Shown here: positions 1-10,221 of the stretch, piece by piece
Layout: the number at the start of each line of letters is the position of its first letter
How positions within the stretch are numbered: the first letter of the stretch is position 1
Assembly: GCA_963668645.2 (NCBI GenBank)
Contig: CAXXWC010000017.1
Location: 1 to 64,000 of the forward strand
Reading direction: 5' to 3'
DNA length: 64,000 nt
Source of the DNA: Desulfobacterales bacterium
GTDB taxonomy: Bacteria; Desulfobacterota; Desulfobacteria; Desulfobacterales; UBA2174
Made by a program: the position numbers and the translations under genes
The notes under the pieces: generated by a model
The model's database searches: none
Told to the model about the DNA's origin: nothing
The model's input: only the letters and a program-made list of their open reading frames with translations

Positions 1-36
1 GGCCGCCGGGTATGATTCCGGCGGCCGGTTTTTTTT
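1..36 (+). terminator. Intrinsic terminator hairpin
   Basis: GGCCGCCGG-loop-CCGGCGGCC followed by a T tract, just beyond the dapA stop codon. Confidence 0.65.
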
Positions 37-56
37 AAGCTTCGCGTTTCCGTGCG

Positions 57-1091
57 TTAATACCCTTCGTAGGCCAGCCCCTGCCAGCTGTTCGGATCGG
101 CGAGACGGGCGGCGATATCCAGGTTGAAAAATTCGGCGACCGGCGCGAAAAGTTCAGGGTTTTGCGCCTGGACCTGGCGGGCGGCGGCCAGGACGGTCTC
201 CAGCCCCTGGGCGGTCATGCGGCCCAGGGGACGGCGGCATCCGCCCGAGGGCATGCCGAGGATCGTCATCAGGGCCTTGAGCGCCAGGGGGTTGCGGGCC
301 CGGCAGGTCACCGGCCCGAAGGGCGTCGTCTCGGTGGTCTTGACGGTGACCAGATCGAAGAGCGGGGTCAGGGCGTCGCGCAGGGCGGCGGCCCCGGTGC
401 GGTCCCCGTCGTTCAAGCGCGAGACCATGTCGATCACGGCCCGGGGGACCACGTTGGAGAGCACGCTGATCACGCCGGCCGCACCGATGGCCGCATCGGT
501 CATCATCTCGAAGGTCATCCCGTCGTCGCCGGACAGGATGGTGAAATCCGCGCCGCAGCATTCGCGGGTGCGCCGCATGTTGTCCAGGTTGCCCGTGGCC
601 TCCTTGGCCGTGTTGACGTTGGGGTACTGGCGGCTGAGCAGGGCCAGGTCCTGGGGGAGCAGCTGGGCGCCGGTGCGGCCGGGGATGATGTAAGGCACCA
701 CCTCGATGTCGGGAAAGGCCTGGGCCACGGGCGCGACGTACTCGCGCCGGATTTCCAGTGAACTTGGCCCGTTGTAGTAAGGATCGACCAGCAGCACCGC
801 GTCGACGCCGGCCGCTGCGGCATGCCGGGTCCCCTCCAGGGTTTCGGCGGTGTTGTTGCTGCCGGTGCCGGCGATGCACAGGCAGTGCCCCCGGCTCATG
901 CCGGCCACCATTTCGATGACCCGATTGTGTTCCTCCCAGGTCAGGGTGGGGCTTTCTCCGGTGGTGCCCACCGCCAGGATCCCGGTGATGCCGTTTTCGA
1001 TCTGAAAGCTGACCAGGCGCCGCAGCCCGGCATCATCGACGGCCCCGCCGGCAAACGGTGTGATCAGCGCTGTATAGCAACCTTTTTGCAT
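57..1091 (-). CDS. dapA: 4-hydroxy-tetrahydrodipicolinate synthase
   Basis: TALITPF, GTTGESPTL, GTGSNNT, PYYN, KEATG and LSGDD DHDPS motifs. Confidence 0.92.
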   Translation of the reverse strand: MQKGCYTALITPFAGGAVDDAGLRRLVSFQIENGITGILAVGTTGESPTLTWEEHNRVIEMVAGMSRGHCLCIAGTGSNNTAETLEGTRHAAAAGVDAVLLVDPYYNGPSSLEIRREYVAPVAQAFPDIEVVPYIIPGRTGAQLLPQDLALLSRQYPNVNTAKEATGNLDNMRRTRECCGADFTILSGDDGMTFEMMTDAAIGAAGVISVLSNVVPRAVIDMVSRLNDGDRTGAAALRDALTPLFDLVTVKTTETTPFGPVTCRARNPLALKALMTILGMPSGGCRRPLGRMTAQGLETVLAAARQVQAQNPELFAPVAEFFNLDIAARLADPNSWQGLAYEGY

Positions 1092-1401
1092 ACTTCCCCC
1101 TTCGTGTTCATCCGGATGGTCCGGTTTGATGTTGCAATATGTTGGAATCGTTCAAAACGTTTTCCTTTTGTATGGCACAAAACGATCGGCCGTCAACTGA
1201 AAATCCGGCGCGTTTCGGTTTTGGTTCGCCTGGATACCTGCCAAAGGACGGGAACCCGTTAGCGGCCCGGGCCGGCTGCGGGTGGCCGGCCCGGGCTGCC
1301 GCGGTTAACCCTTGACAGCCGCCGCCGGCGATACTATCTCGAAAAATTTCAGGTTGAAAAACGTCTGGAGACGACTTGAGGCAGCCAGCCAAAGGAGCCC
1401 T

Positions 1402-2061
1402 ATGAGCGACCAAAAGCCACGATTTCAAAATGTCCACGAACATATCGCCATCCTGCGCGCCGCCCTGGAAGCCAACCCGGACTGCGGCACGACCCATTAC
1501 AACCTGGCCGTCGCACTCCTTGGGCTGAATCGATTCGAACAGGCCGAGGGTGAACTTTACCGGGCCATCGAGTGCAGTCCGACCCTGGCCGAGGCCTACG
1601 CCCAGGTGGGCGGGTTGTGCCTGCGCCGGGGCGACCTGGACGGCTGTCTGGACTGGAACCAGCGTGCCGTCAAGGCCCGGCCGGGCTTTTCCGAGGGGTA
1701 CGGCAACATCGGATTTGTTCAGCTGCAGCGCGGCAACGTCGACGAGGCGATCAAGGCCCTTGAAAAGGCGACCCATTTCAATTTTCGTTTCATCCAGGCC
1801 TTTACAACCCTGGGCAATGCCTACCTGATGGCCGGAAGGGTCGAAGAAAGCATAGCGGTCAATCTGCGGGCTCTCGAACTGAAACCTGAATTCGCCGTGG
1901 CCCACAACAACCTGGCCATCGCCTACCTCGAGCAGGGCGATTTCACTCAGGCCGATCACCACATGCGGCTGGCCCTGAAGCACGGTTATGCCGTGGCCGA
2001 GCAGATCCAGCAGGATATCGCCGCCGGTCTGGACCGTGATCCGGACCCCGCCCGTGGCTGA
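1402..2061 (+). CDS. Tetratricopeptide repeat protein
   Basis: Tandem TPR consensus (HYNLAVAL, YGNIGFV, AHNNLAIAY); AGGAG RBS before ATG 1402. Confidence 0.88.
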   Translation: MSDQKPRFQNVHEHIAILRAALEANPDCGTTHYNLAVALLGLNRFEQAEGELYRAIECSPTLAEAYAQVGGLCLRRGDLDGCLDWNQRAVKARPGFSEGYGNIGFVQLQRGNVDEAIKALEKATHFNFRFIQAFTTLGNAYLMAGRVEESIAVNLRALELKPEFAVAHNNLAIAYLEQGDFTQADHHMRLALKHGYAVAEQIQQDIAAGLDRDPDPARG

Positions 2062-3229
2062 CTCTGCACGCATCGCTTTTTTCCTCGCCGACCGGCAACA
2101 CCCGGTCGGCCCTGCAAGTCCGATCTGGGACCGCGTTCTACCTTCGGCGCCAGATCCGGGTGGCGGCCCGGCTGCACCGCAAAACACCCTGACCTATGGG
2201 CAGTACTTCACGGCCGTGGCCGATTTTTTGCGCCATCGCGAGTGGTTTCCGGTCCGCCTGGGCCTGGGCGACGCCCCGCAGCAGGTTGAGATTTTTCTCG
2301 AAAAACACGGGGCCTTTTACCATCCGGCCAGAATCGCGGTCGCCACCGACTCCGGCCGACGTGATCTGGCCGTCAATGTGGCCGTCTCGCCGGCCGGCAG
2401 GGCCCTCTTGGCCGGGGAAGCAAGCCTGCTCGATTGCCTTGAAAGGCGTTTCGGCGGCGGCCGGCTGCCGAAAGTCTTTCATTGCCGCACCGTCGTTTTG
2501 GATGGCGGGCGTTGCGTGCCGATGTTTCTGGCCGAATGGTTCACCGGATTTTTCGAATTTCATTTGACCGCCTGTCCGGACGCGAAGGGCCGGCCGGCGG
2601 TTTGGACCCCGTCGGGTCCCCGGCCCTTGGATGCCGGCCAGACCCGATCGCTTTACCGCGAGGCGGCCGGCTTGTTGACCGGCTACTACGATGTCTTGAG
2701 CACCGAGCAGATCCTCGACTGGCACCATGCCGCCGGCGATTTCATCGTACGGCCCCACGATGGCGGCGACATGGAGCTGCGCCTGATCACCGTGCGCCGC
2801 TACGGCCCCCTGATTGCCGGCGCCGAGCCGGAATTTGACACGGTTCTCCTCGGTGCCGCGCTCTTTCTGGTCCACACCAGCCTGCGTATGCGGCTGGACC
2901 GCTGCGACGGGATCGGTGAGACGCTCCTGGCCGGTCCCGAAACCATCGCGCCGGTTGTAGAGGGATTTTTTGATGCGCTGGCGGGCAAGGTGCGCCGCGG
3001 CCAAATCCCGGATGAACTGGCTTCGGCCGTGGCGGTCTATTTGGGTGGTCTTACAGTCGAAGATCTGGCCCCCATGATCTCGGCCTGTATTCAAAAACGG
3101 CCGGCCGGCGACCCCGGGCGGATCCTGATGGCCGCTGCCGCCGCCAGGCACGGGATTGAGCTGCAGCGGGTTCTGGAGGCGGGAGAACGGCACAGATCAA
3201 CCACTACATTCAGCGGTAAAACTCTCTAG
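2054..3229 (+). CDS. Hypothetical protein, possibly protein-kinase-like fold
   Basis: Long ORF with an in-frame GTG overlapping the TPR stop; motifs EKHGAFYHP, LPKV, FLAEW, WHHAAGDFIV; start uncertain. Confidence 0.7.
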   Translation: MADSARIAFFLADRQHPVGPASPIWDRVLPSAPDPGGGPAAPQNTLTYGQYFTAVADFLRHREWFPVRLGLGDAPQQVEIFLEKHGAFYHPARIAVATDSGRRDLAVNVAVSPAGRALLAGEASLLDCLERRFGGGRLPKVFHCRTVVLDGGRCVPMFLAEWFTGFFEFHLTACPDAKGRPAVWTPSGPRPLDAGQTRSLYREAAGLLTGYYDVLSTEQILDWHHAAGDFIVRPHDGGDMELRLITVRRYGPLIAGAEPEFDTVLLGAALFLVHTSLRMRLDRCDGIGETLLAGPETIAPVVEGFFDALAGKVRRGQIPDELASAVAVYLGGLTVEDLAPMISACIQKRPAGDPGRILMAAAAARHGIELQRVLEAGERHRSTTTFSGKTL

Positions 3230-3307
3230 CCCCACAAGATGAAGTGCGAAAATGCCGCGGACGGCCGCTGGATAGATGATGCCGCGACGCCGATTCCTGC
3301 TTTTCTA

Positions 3308-3336
3308 TTGACATTATTGAACAATGATTCTATATC
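3308..3336 (+). promoter_or_regulatory. Sigma70-type promoter of dsrAB
   Basis: TTGACA (3308-3313), 17-bp spacer, TATATC (3331-3336). Confidence 0.7.
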
Positions 3337-3513
3337 CGTTCCTTGCATATCCACGATGCAACGCATCGCTACGCGATCGATATACAACAACTCGAATCAA
3401 ATACCACAAGTGCAAAGAGAGGAGGTGACCGCGGGCCCCCGCCGGGCATTTTTCAGCGCAGTTTCCCATTTGGCCGGTAGCTTAATTGTTATTTACAGAC
3501 ATGGAGGTAAAAG

Positions 3514-4830
3514 ATGGCAAAGCATGCAACCCCCCTGCTGGACCAGCTGGAAAGCGGACCGTGGCCGAGCTTCGTGTCCGACTTGAAAGAGCAGGCCGAG
3601 AAGCGGGCGAAGAACGCCGAGAACATTGAGTTCCAGATTCCGACCGATGTCGTCGAGGACCTTCTCGGCGTGCTCGAACTGTCTTACAAGCACGGCCGCA
3701 CCCACTGGAAGCACGGCGGGATCGTCGGCGTCTTCGGTTATGGCGGCGGCGTCATCGGCCGCTACTGCGACCAGCCGCAAGCGTTTCCGGGCGTGGCTCA
3801 CTTCCACACCATGCGAGTCTCCCAGCCAGGCGGCAAGTTTTACACCAGCAAATATCTGCGCGAGATTTGCGACCTGTGGGATATGCGCGGTTCAGGCATC
3901 ACCAACATGCACGGCTCCACCGGTGACATCATCTTTTTGGGCACCACCACGCCGCAGTTGGAAGAAGTCTTTTTTGAGCTGACCCACAACCTGAATCAGG
4001 ACCTGGGCGGCTCGGGCTCCAACCTGCGCACCCCTTCGGATTGCATCGGCGAAGCCCGTTGTGAGTATGCCTGCTACGACACCCAGGCGCTGTGCTTCGA
4101 TCTGACCAACGAGTACCAGGATGAGCTGCACCGGCCGGCCTTCCCGTACAAGTTCAAGTTCAAGTTCGACGGTTGCCCGAACTGCTGCGTGGCCTCCATC
4201 GCCCGTTCAGACCTGTCTTTTATCGGCACCTGGCGCGACAACATCCGCATCGACCAGGAAGCGGTCCAGGCCTATATCGGCGGCGAGATCCCGCCCAACG
4301 GCGGCGCCCATGCCGACCGTGACTGGGGCAAGTTTGACATCCAGGCCGAGGTAATCGGCCGCTGCCCGACCGGGTGCATGTGGATGGAAGACGGCCAGCT
4401 GAAGATCGACGACCGTGAATGCACTCGCTGCATGCACTGCATCAACGTCATGCCGCGCGCGCTGCGCATCGGTAACGACCGGGGGTGCTCGATTTTTGCC
4501 GGCGCCAAGGCTCCGATTCTCGACGGCGCCCAGATGGGCTCGTTGGTTGTGCCTTTCATCAAGGTCGAGGAACCGTATACCGAGATCAAGGAAACCGTGA
4601 TCGAACCCATCTGGGATTGGTGGATGGAAGAAGGCAAGAACCGCGAGCGTCTCGGTGAGTTGATGAAACGCCAGGGCTTCCAGAAGCTCCTCGAGGTGAT
4701 GGACATGAAGCCGATGCCGCAGCATGTTCAGGAACCCCGCAGCAACCCGTACATCTTCTGGAAGGAAGATGAGGTTCCCGGCGGCTGGGAGCGTGACATC
4801 AACGAGTTCCGCAAGTACCATCAGAGATAA
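3514..4830 (+). CDS. dsrA: Dissimilatory sulfite reductase alpha subunit
   Basis: MAKHATPLLDQLESGPWPSFV start, THWKHGG, KFKFKFDGCPNCC siroheme motif, ferredoxin CxxCxxC; GGAGG RBS. Confidence 0.99.
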   Translation: MAKHATPLLDQLESGPWPSFVSDLKEQAEKRAKNAENIEFQIPTDVVEDLLGVLELSYKHGRTHWKHGGIVGVFGYGGGVIGRYCDQPQAFPGVAHFHTMRVSQPGGKFYTSKYLREICDLWDMRGSGITNMHGSTGDIIFLGTTTPQLEEVFFELTHNLNQDLGGSGSNLRTPSDCIGEARCEYACYDTQALCFDLTNEYQDELHRPAFPYKFKFKFDGCPNCCVASIARSDLSFIGTWRDNIRIDQEAVQAYIGGEIPPNGGAHADRDWGKFDIQAEVIGRCPTGCMWMEDGQLKIDDRECTRCMHCINVMPRALRIGNDRGCSIFAGAKAPILDGAQMGSLVVPFIKVEEPYTEIKETVIEPIWDWWMEEGKNRERLGELMKRQGFQKLLEVMDMKPMPQHVQEPRSNPYIFWKEDEVPGGWERDINEFRKYHQR

Positions 4831-4845
4831 GAGGAGGTGGACGCC

Positions 4846-6000
4846 ATGGCATTTGTTTCTTCCGGATACGATCCTTCAAAGCCGATGCAAAACCGGATCA
4901 CGGACATCGGTCCGCGTAAATACGACGAATTTTATCCGCCGGTCATCGCCAAGAACAAGGGTAAGTGGCTGTATCACGAAATCTTGGAGCCCGGTGTGCT
5001 GGTCCATGTGGCCGAGTCCGGCGACGAGATCTACACGGTGCGCGTGGGCGGGGCCCGCCTGATGTCCACCGGTCTGATCCGCGAGATTTGCGAGATTGCC
5101 GACAAGCACTGCGACGGTTACGTACGCTGGACGACGCGCAACAACGTCGAATTCATGTGCGACGACAGGGCCAAACTCCAGCCCCTGATCGACGACTTGG
5201 CCAGCCGTAAGTTCGTCGGCGGCAGCTTCAAGTTCCCAAAGGGCGGCACCGGCGCAGGCGTGACCAACATCGTCCACACCCAGGGCTGGATCCACTGCCA
5301 TACCCCGGCCACCGATGCTTCCGGTCCGGTCAAGGCCACCATGGACGTGCTCTTCGAGGACTTCCAGAAGATGCGTCTGCCGGCCCAGGTGCGCGTATCG
5401 TTGGCCTGCTGCCTCAACATGTGCGGCGCTGTGCACTGCTCGGACATCGCTATCCTCGGCTACCATCGCAAGCCGCCGATGCTCGACCATGAGTATCTGG
5501 ACAAGATGTGCGAAATCCCCCTGGCCATCGCAGCCTGCCCCACCGCGGCCATCAAGCCGTCCAAGGTCAAGCTCGCCGATGACAAAGAGGTCAAGTCTGT
5601 GGCGGTGAACAACGACCGCTGCATGTTCTGCGGCAACTGCTACACCATGTGCCCCTCCATGCCGCTTGCAGACACCGAGGGCGACGGCATCGTGCTCATG
5701 GTGGGCGGCAAGGTCTCCAACCGCATCAGTGCGCCCAAGTTCTCCAAGGTCGTGGTGGCCTTTCTGCCCAACGAGGCGCCGCGCTGGCCGTCGACCACGG
5801 ACGCCATCAAGAAGATCATCGAAGCCTACTCGGCCGACGCCAAAAAATACGAGCGCGTGGGCGAATGGGCCGAGCGGATCGGCTGGGAACGCTTCTTCGA
5901 AAAATGCGAACTGGAGTTCACCCACCACCTGATCGACGATTTCCGCGATCCGGCATACTACACCTGGCGCCAGACCTCGCAGTTCAAGTTTACCGAATAA
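4846..6000 (+). CDS. dsrB: Dissimilatory sulfite reductase beta subunit
   Basis: [45 protein letters not shown]. Confidence 0.99.
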   Translation: MAFVSSGYDPSKPMQNRITDIGPRKYDEFYPPVIAKNKGKWLYHEILEPGVLVHVAESGDEIYTVRVGGARLMSTGLIREICEIADKHCDGYVRWTTRNNVEFMCDDRAKLQPLIDDLASRKFVGGSFKFPKGGTGAGVTNIVHTQGWIHCHTPATDASGPVKATMDVLFEDFQKMRLPAQVRVSLACCLNMCGAVHCSDIAILGYHRKPPMLDHEYLDKMCEIPLAIAACPTAAIKPSKVKLADDKEVKSVAVNNDRCMFCGNCYTMCPSMPLADTEGDGIVLMVGGKVSNRISAPKFSKVVVAFLPNEAPRWPSTTDAIKKIIEAYSADAKKYERVGEWAERIGWERFFEKCELEFTHHLIDDFRDPAYYTWRQTSQFKFTE

Positions 6001-6069
6001 TCGGTGCCTGCTCGTGGGCGGCCAGCCAACCGGCGGCCGCCCGCTCTCAGACCCAGAAAGAAGGGCACA

Positions 6070-6312
6070 ATGGAATACGAAGAGGCAAAACAGAAGATCG
6101 TCGAAGAGCTGACCAAGAAACTCAAGAGCAAGAGCAAGTTTTATTTTAATGACTTGGCCAATATTATCGGCGAAAAACCGCGTGATGCAAAGAAGTTGAT
6201 CAATCGGATGGTCACCGACGGCGTCTTGGAATACTGGTCATCCGGCAGCACTTCGATGTACGGAATGCCGGGGACCGGTAAACAGGCTGGCGCTGAGCAC
6301 GAGGAAAAGTAG
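6070..6312 (+). CDS. dsrD: DsrD
   Basis: 80 aa with KSKFYFND and LEYWSSGSTSMYG, directly after dsrB. Confidence 0.96.
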   Translation: MEYEEAKQKIVEELTKKLKSKSKFYFNDLANIIGEKPRDAKKLINRMVTDGVLEYWSSGSTSMYGMPGTGKQAGAEHEEK

Positions 6313-6343
6313 CGCACCTGCCCCACGGGATGAATCGAACGCC

Positions 6344-7780
6344 GTGTCAGCAGACCCCATGAAGTACTCGGGAATCGTCATATCAGCTCTGCGCGGCGGG
6401 TCGGGCAAGACCATCCTGGCCATCGGAATTGCGGCGGCGCTGCGGCAGCGCGGTCTGACCGTGGCGCCGTTCAAAAAGGGCCCCGACTACATCGATGCGG
6501 GCTGGCTGGCCTTGGCCGCCGGGCACACCTGTTACAACCTCGATTCGTTCATCATCGCTCAGGAGCCTCTTCTGTGCTCCTTTCACCGCCATGCCAGCGG
6601 CCGCGATCTGGCCGTGGTCGAAGGCAACCGCGGCCTCTACGACTGCATCAACACCGAAGGCAAGACATCCACCGCCGAATTGGCCAAGCTCCTCGGCCTG
6701 CCGGTGCTGCTGTGCATCGATGCCACCAAGACCACCCGCACCATGGCGGCCGTGGTCGCGGGCTGTTGCCATTTCGATCCTGATCTGGCCCTGGCCGGGG
6801 TGATTCTCAACCGGGTTGCCGGCAGCCGCCACGAGGCTATTCTGCGCCAAAGCATCGAGCAGCACTGCGGCATTCCGGTGGTCGGAGCCGTACCCAAGCT
6901 CAAAAAGCAGGCCTTTCCCGAACGCCATATGGGGTTGGTGCCCACCGCCGAGCACGGCTGGGCTGGAGATTCGGTGGCTGTGGCCGCCGGGATGGCTGAA
7001 GGGTACCTCGATCTGGACCGTATTCTGGCCATGGCCCGCGATGCCCGGGGATTGAACACCACCCTGCCGCCGACCCGGATCTGCGAGCCGCCTGCGGCGC
7101 TGGGCGATCCGCCCCTGGTGGGGGTGATCCGCGACAGCGCCTTCCAGTTTTACTACCCGGAGAATCTGGAAGCGCTGGTCCAGGCCGGGGCGCGACTGGT
7201 CTTCACCAGCCCTTTGAACGCCGCGCGTCCACCCCGGATGGACGCTTTGTACATCGGCGGCGGATTTCCCGAGACCCACGCCGAGGCCCTGAGCCGCAAC
7301 GAGACATACCGTTCGGCCCTGCGCGCAATGGCCGAGGACGGCATGCCGATTTACGCCGAATGCGGCGGTCTGATGTTTCTCGGCGAGCGGCTGGTCCTGG
7401 AGGATCACACCTATGCCATGAGCGGGATCCTGCCCATCAGCTTCGGTTTTTCGCGCCGGCCCCAGGGCCATGGATACACCGTGGTCAAGGTTACGGGCAA
7501 CAATCCATACTTCCCTGCCGGCAGTGAATTGCGCGGCCATGAGTTCCACTACTCCAAAGCCATCGACTGGCATGGGAATCCCGGGGACCTGGTCTTTGGC
7601 ATGCAGCGCGGCAGCGGCATCCTCGACGGGCGCGACGGATTATGCCGCGGACGGGTTTTGGCGACCTATACCCACATTCACGCCCTGGGCGCCCCGGGCT
7701 GGGCGCCTGCCCTGGTGGCTGCGGCGCGCAGTTTCGCCTTGGAGCAGGTTCTTGACAAATCCGAACATCCACCGGCTTGA
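6344..7780 (+). CDS. dsrN: Cobyrinate a,c-diamide synthase-like siroheme amidase
   Basis: GGSGKT, KKGPDYID, ERHMGL, AFQFYY, YAECGG, GHEFHYS; position after dsrD. Confidence 0.9.
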   Translation: MSADPMKYSGIVISALRGGSGKTILAIGIAAALRQRGLTVAPFKKGPDYIDAGWLALAAGHTCYNLDSFIIAQEPLLCSFHRHASGRDLAVVEGNRGLYDCINTEGKTSTAELAKLLGLPVLLCIDATKTTRTMAAVVAGCCHFDPDLALAGVILNRVAGSRHEAILRQSIEQHCGIPVVGAVPKLKKQAFPERHMGLVPTAEHGWAGDSVAVAAGMAEGYLDLDRILAMARDARGLNTTLPPTRICEPPAALGDPPLVGVIRDSAFQFYYPENLEALVQAGARLVFTSPLNAARPPRMDALYIGGGFPETHAEALSRNETYRSALRAMAEDGMPIYAECGGLMFLGERLVLEDHTYAMSGILPISFGFSRRPQGHGYTVVKVTGNNPYFPAGSELRGHEFHYSKAIDWHGNPGDLVFGMQRGSGILDGRDGLCRGRVLATYTHIHALGAPGWAPALVAAARSFALEQVLDKSEHPPA

Positions 7781-7847
7781 AATGACCGATCTGGATGGAT
7801 CCGGCCCCTTGCCGGCCTCCTTGAGACCCGTTTCCCGATTATTCTGT

Positions 7848-8618
7848 ATGGAATCCATTGTATTGCCCATCAGCGATGTCCTGGATCTGCACACCTTTCA
7901 ACCCAGGGAAGTGCCGGAACTGATCGACGACTATTTGACCGCCTGTGCCGCCGAGGGGATTCTGGAGGTGCGGATCGTTCATGGCAAGGGTACCGGCGTT
8001 CTGCGCGAACGGGTGCATCATATCCTGCGCCGCCATCGACTGGTGGCGCGATTCGAAGCCGCCCCGGCTGGGGCCGGCGGGTGGGGCGCGACCCTGGTGC
8101 GCCTCAAAGTGGATACAATTCCAGCAGGCGGACCGGAGACGGCCGCCAACCATGAAGACCGTATTACTGCGGGATCGACACAGAAAGAGGCAGAAGGGTC
8201 GATTCCGTCAGCCGAAGGGAGTCGCCCAATGGCCGAAAGGCAAGAATCAACCCATAGCGAGACAGAATGGGAAAACCGGCGTCTGTGCCGGGATGAAAAC
8301 TGCATCGGAATCATCGGCCCGGACGGGCGCTGCAAAGAATGCGGTCTACCGGCAGGCGACGCGGATCCAGAGGACCTCGGTGCGCAGCCTGAGGTGGATG
8401 AGGGTTCAGATCCGGTGGCCGCACCGGCCGTAGACAGGACGGAAGCCGAGGCCGCATCATGCCGGGCGGCGGGTGGCGCGGATCAATACTGGCAGGAGCG
8501 GCAGCTTTGTCCGGATGGCAACTGTATCGGCGTCATCGGTCCGGACGGACGCTGCAAGGAGTGCGGCCGCCGGGCGGACGGCGCAGCTTTGGCCGATGTC
8601 TCCACCTCCGGCGGTTGA
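7848..8618 (+). CDS. Smr/MutS2 C-terminal domain protein in frame with a duplicated Cys-motif domain (possible second start at 8229)
   Basis: LDLH, IVHGKGTGVLR and GGWGAT Smr motifs; two copies of WxxRxLCxDxNCIGxIGPDGRCKECG. Confidence 0.8.
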   Translation: MESIVLPISDVLDLHTFQPREVPELIDDYLTACAAEGILEVRIVHGKGTGVLRERVHHILRRHRLVARFEAAPAGAGGWGATLVRLKVDTIPAGGPETAANHEDRITAGSTQKEAEGSIPSAEGSRPMAERQESTHSETEWENRRLCRDENCIGIIGPDGRCKECGLPAGDADPEDLGAQPEVDEGSDPVAAPAVDRTEAEAASCRAAGGADQYWQERQLCPDGNCIGVIGPDGRCKECGRRADGAALADVSTSGG

Positions 8619-8875
8619 GGTCGCCGGGCGCCACGGCTAACAGCTCGAGTCCGATGCATCCACCGCTGTGGGGTTGCCCCTGACACGGCTCAGTGGGTTG
8701 ATGTCGATTTTTCGGATAGTGAGTGATCGCCTTGACGGAGCCGATCTGCACGATCTGCCGGTTTTCCGGAAAGGACGAAAGAACCGAAGATACTTGAAGC
8801 GGTCCGGACCGGACCCCTTGCCGGCGGGTAAAGGCAACATCGCGACCGAAACCCGGGCTTTGCGGGTCCGGAAAT

Positions 8876-10213
8876 TCAGTCGGTTCGGACGGTGTTGAGC
8901 AAGGAAAGCATTTTGCGAAAACCGTCCGCCTCGAAGCGCGTCAGGGCCGCGAGAATTTGTTGCGGCAGGCCGGGCGGAGAGAACCGGCTGGCGAGGCGGA
9001 GGAATTTAGCTTCAAGTTCTGGGGGGCTGAGGGGATTTGCCGGATCGCCGTGAGGGGTCAAAACGGTTTTTTCGATCCTCTGCCCGCCGGTCTGCACGAT
9101 AATCCTGGCGGCGGTTTGGACCGGAAAACGTCCGTCCAGTTCCGGGTCCACCGCCAGTGTCACGCGCCGCGCCAGGGCCACGGCGCGCGGATCGTGGAGG
9201 CTGGCTTCCCTCAGGGGCAGCAGTGCCCCGGCCCCGTGAAAGGCGGCCAAGCCAAGGCAAAAGGGGATGCTGTACTGGGCCCCTTCTATCCCATCGGGGT
9301 CCGGGTAATTATTGAGCCGCAGGGCCCGCTCGAAGGTCTGGATGGTGATACCGGCGATGGCGGCCGGATCCAGGCAGCCTTCGGCCAGGATGGCGAGCAG
9401 ACCGTCCAGGGCGGCATGGCTCCAGCGGCAGCTCGAATACGGTTTGAAGTAGACCGCTTCGATGGCCCGTCCGAAGGGCGTTGCATCGATGATCCGTTGC
9501 GCGTCGAACCAGTCTGGATGGTCCAGCAGATCCAATGGGCCGGTGAATCCCTCCTGAGCCAGGGTTACGGCATTGATTCCGAGCAATACGGACCACGGGA
9601 TGCCCTCTTTGACATGGTTTCCCATGACTTGTGAATAGCCCGCTGCCGCCAGATCCGGCACCTGGGCGCCGGCAATAGCCAGGGATTGAGCCAGAACCGG
9701 GACTGTCACGTTGCGAAGATATCCGGTGGCGGCAGCTACTCCGTAAGGGGTCCAGCGTCCGGTGGACAGGGTCGGCAGGCGGTCCAGATCACGGGCCGCG
9801 GCTATCCGGCAGCCGACTTCATACCCCACGGCGATGGCGGCCAGGACCTGCATCGGTGGGACGGGCAGGTCCGCAGCGACGGCGAAGACCGCCGGAATGA
9901 TGGCGGCCCCCGGATGTCCGGCCGCCCCCCGGTGGCCGTCGTCCAGATCCAGGGCGCTGGCCGCGGCGGCATTGACCATGGCGGCCGCCGCGGGGTTCAG
10001 GCGGTCCGGACTGAACCAGACGGTGGTCGTTCCGGGGCCGAAGGTCTTAAGTGCCGCCCGGTGCAGGGCCCGGGCCGAGGTGGTTCGGCGGCCGGCCATG
10101 CAGGCGCCGAGCAAGTCAAGGATGCAGCGCCGGGCAGCCTCACGCGTTGTTTGCGCCAGGTCTTGGGGCCGCAGGGCCAGGGCCTTTTGCGCCAGTTGTT
10201 CGGTGGTGTGCAT
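8876..10213 (-). CDS. MmgE/PrpD family protein
   Basis: LDLDDGH, HPGAAIIPA, YFKPYSSCRWSH, AQYSIPF, PHGDPANP. Confidence 0.9.
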   Translation of the reverse strand: MHTTEQLAQKALALRPQDLAQTTREAARRCILDLLGACMAGRRTTSARALHRAALKTFGPGTTTVWFSPDRLNPAAAAMVNAAAASALDLDDGHRGAAGHPGAAIIPAVFAVAADLPVPPMQVLAAIAVGYEVGCRIAAARDLDRLPTLSTGRWTPYGVAAATGYLRNVTVPVLAQSLAIAGAQVPDLAAAGYSQVMGNHVKEGIPWSVLLGINAVTLAQEGFTGPLDLLDHPDWFDAQRIIDATPFGRAIEAVYFKPYSSCRWSHAALDGLLAILAEGCLDPAAIAGITIQTFERALRLNNYPDPDGIEGAQYSIPFCLGLAAFHGAGALLPLREASLHDPRAVALARRVTLAVDPELDGRFPVQTAARIIVQTGGQRIEKTVLTPHGDPANPLSPPELEAKFLRLASRFSPPGLPQQILAALTRFEADGFRKMLSLLNTVRTD

Positions 10214-10221
10214 GGTGCTTT

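Noticed and set aside
3514..7780. Absence of dsrC next to dsrAB
   Set aside because: dsrC is usually unlinked in Desulfobacterota; dsrABD-dsrN is the ordinary arrangement.
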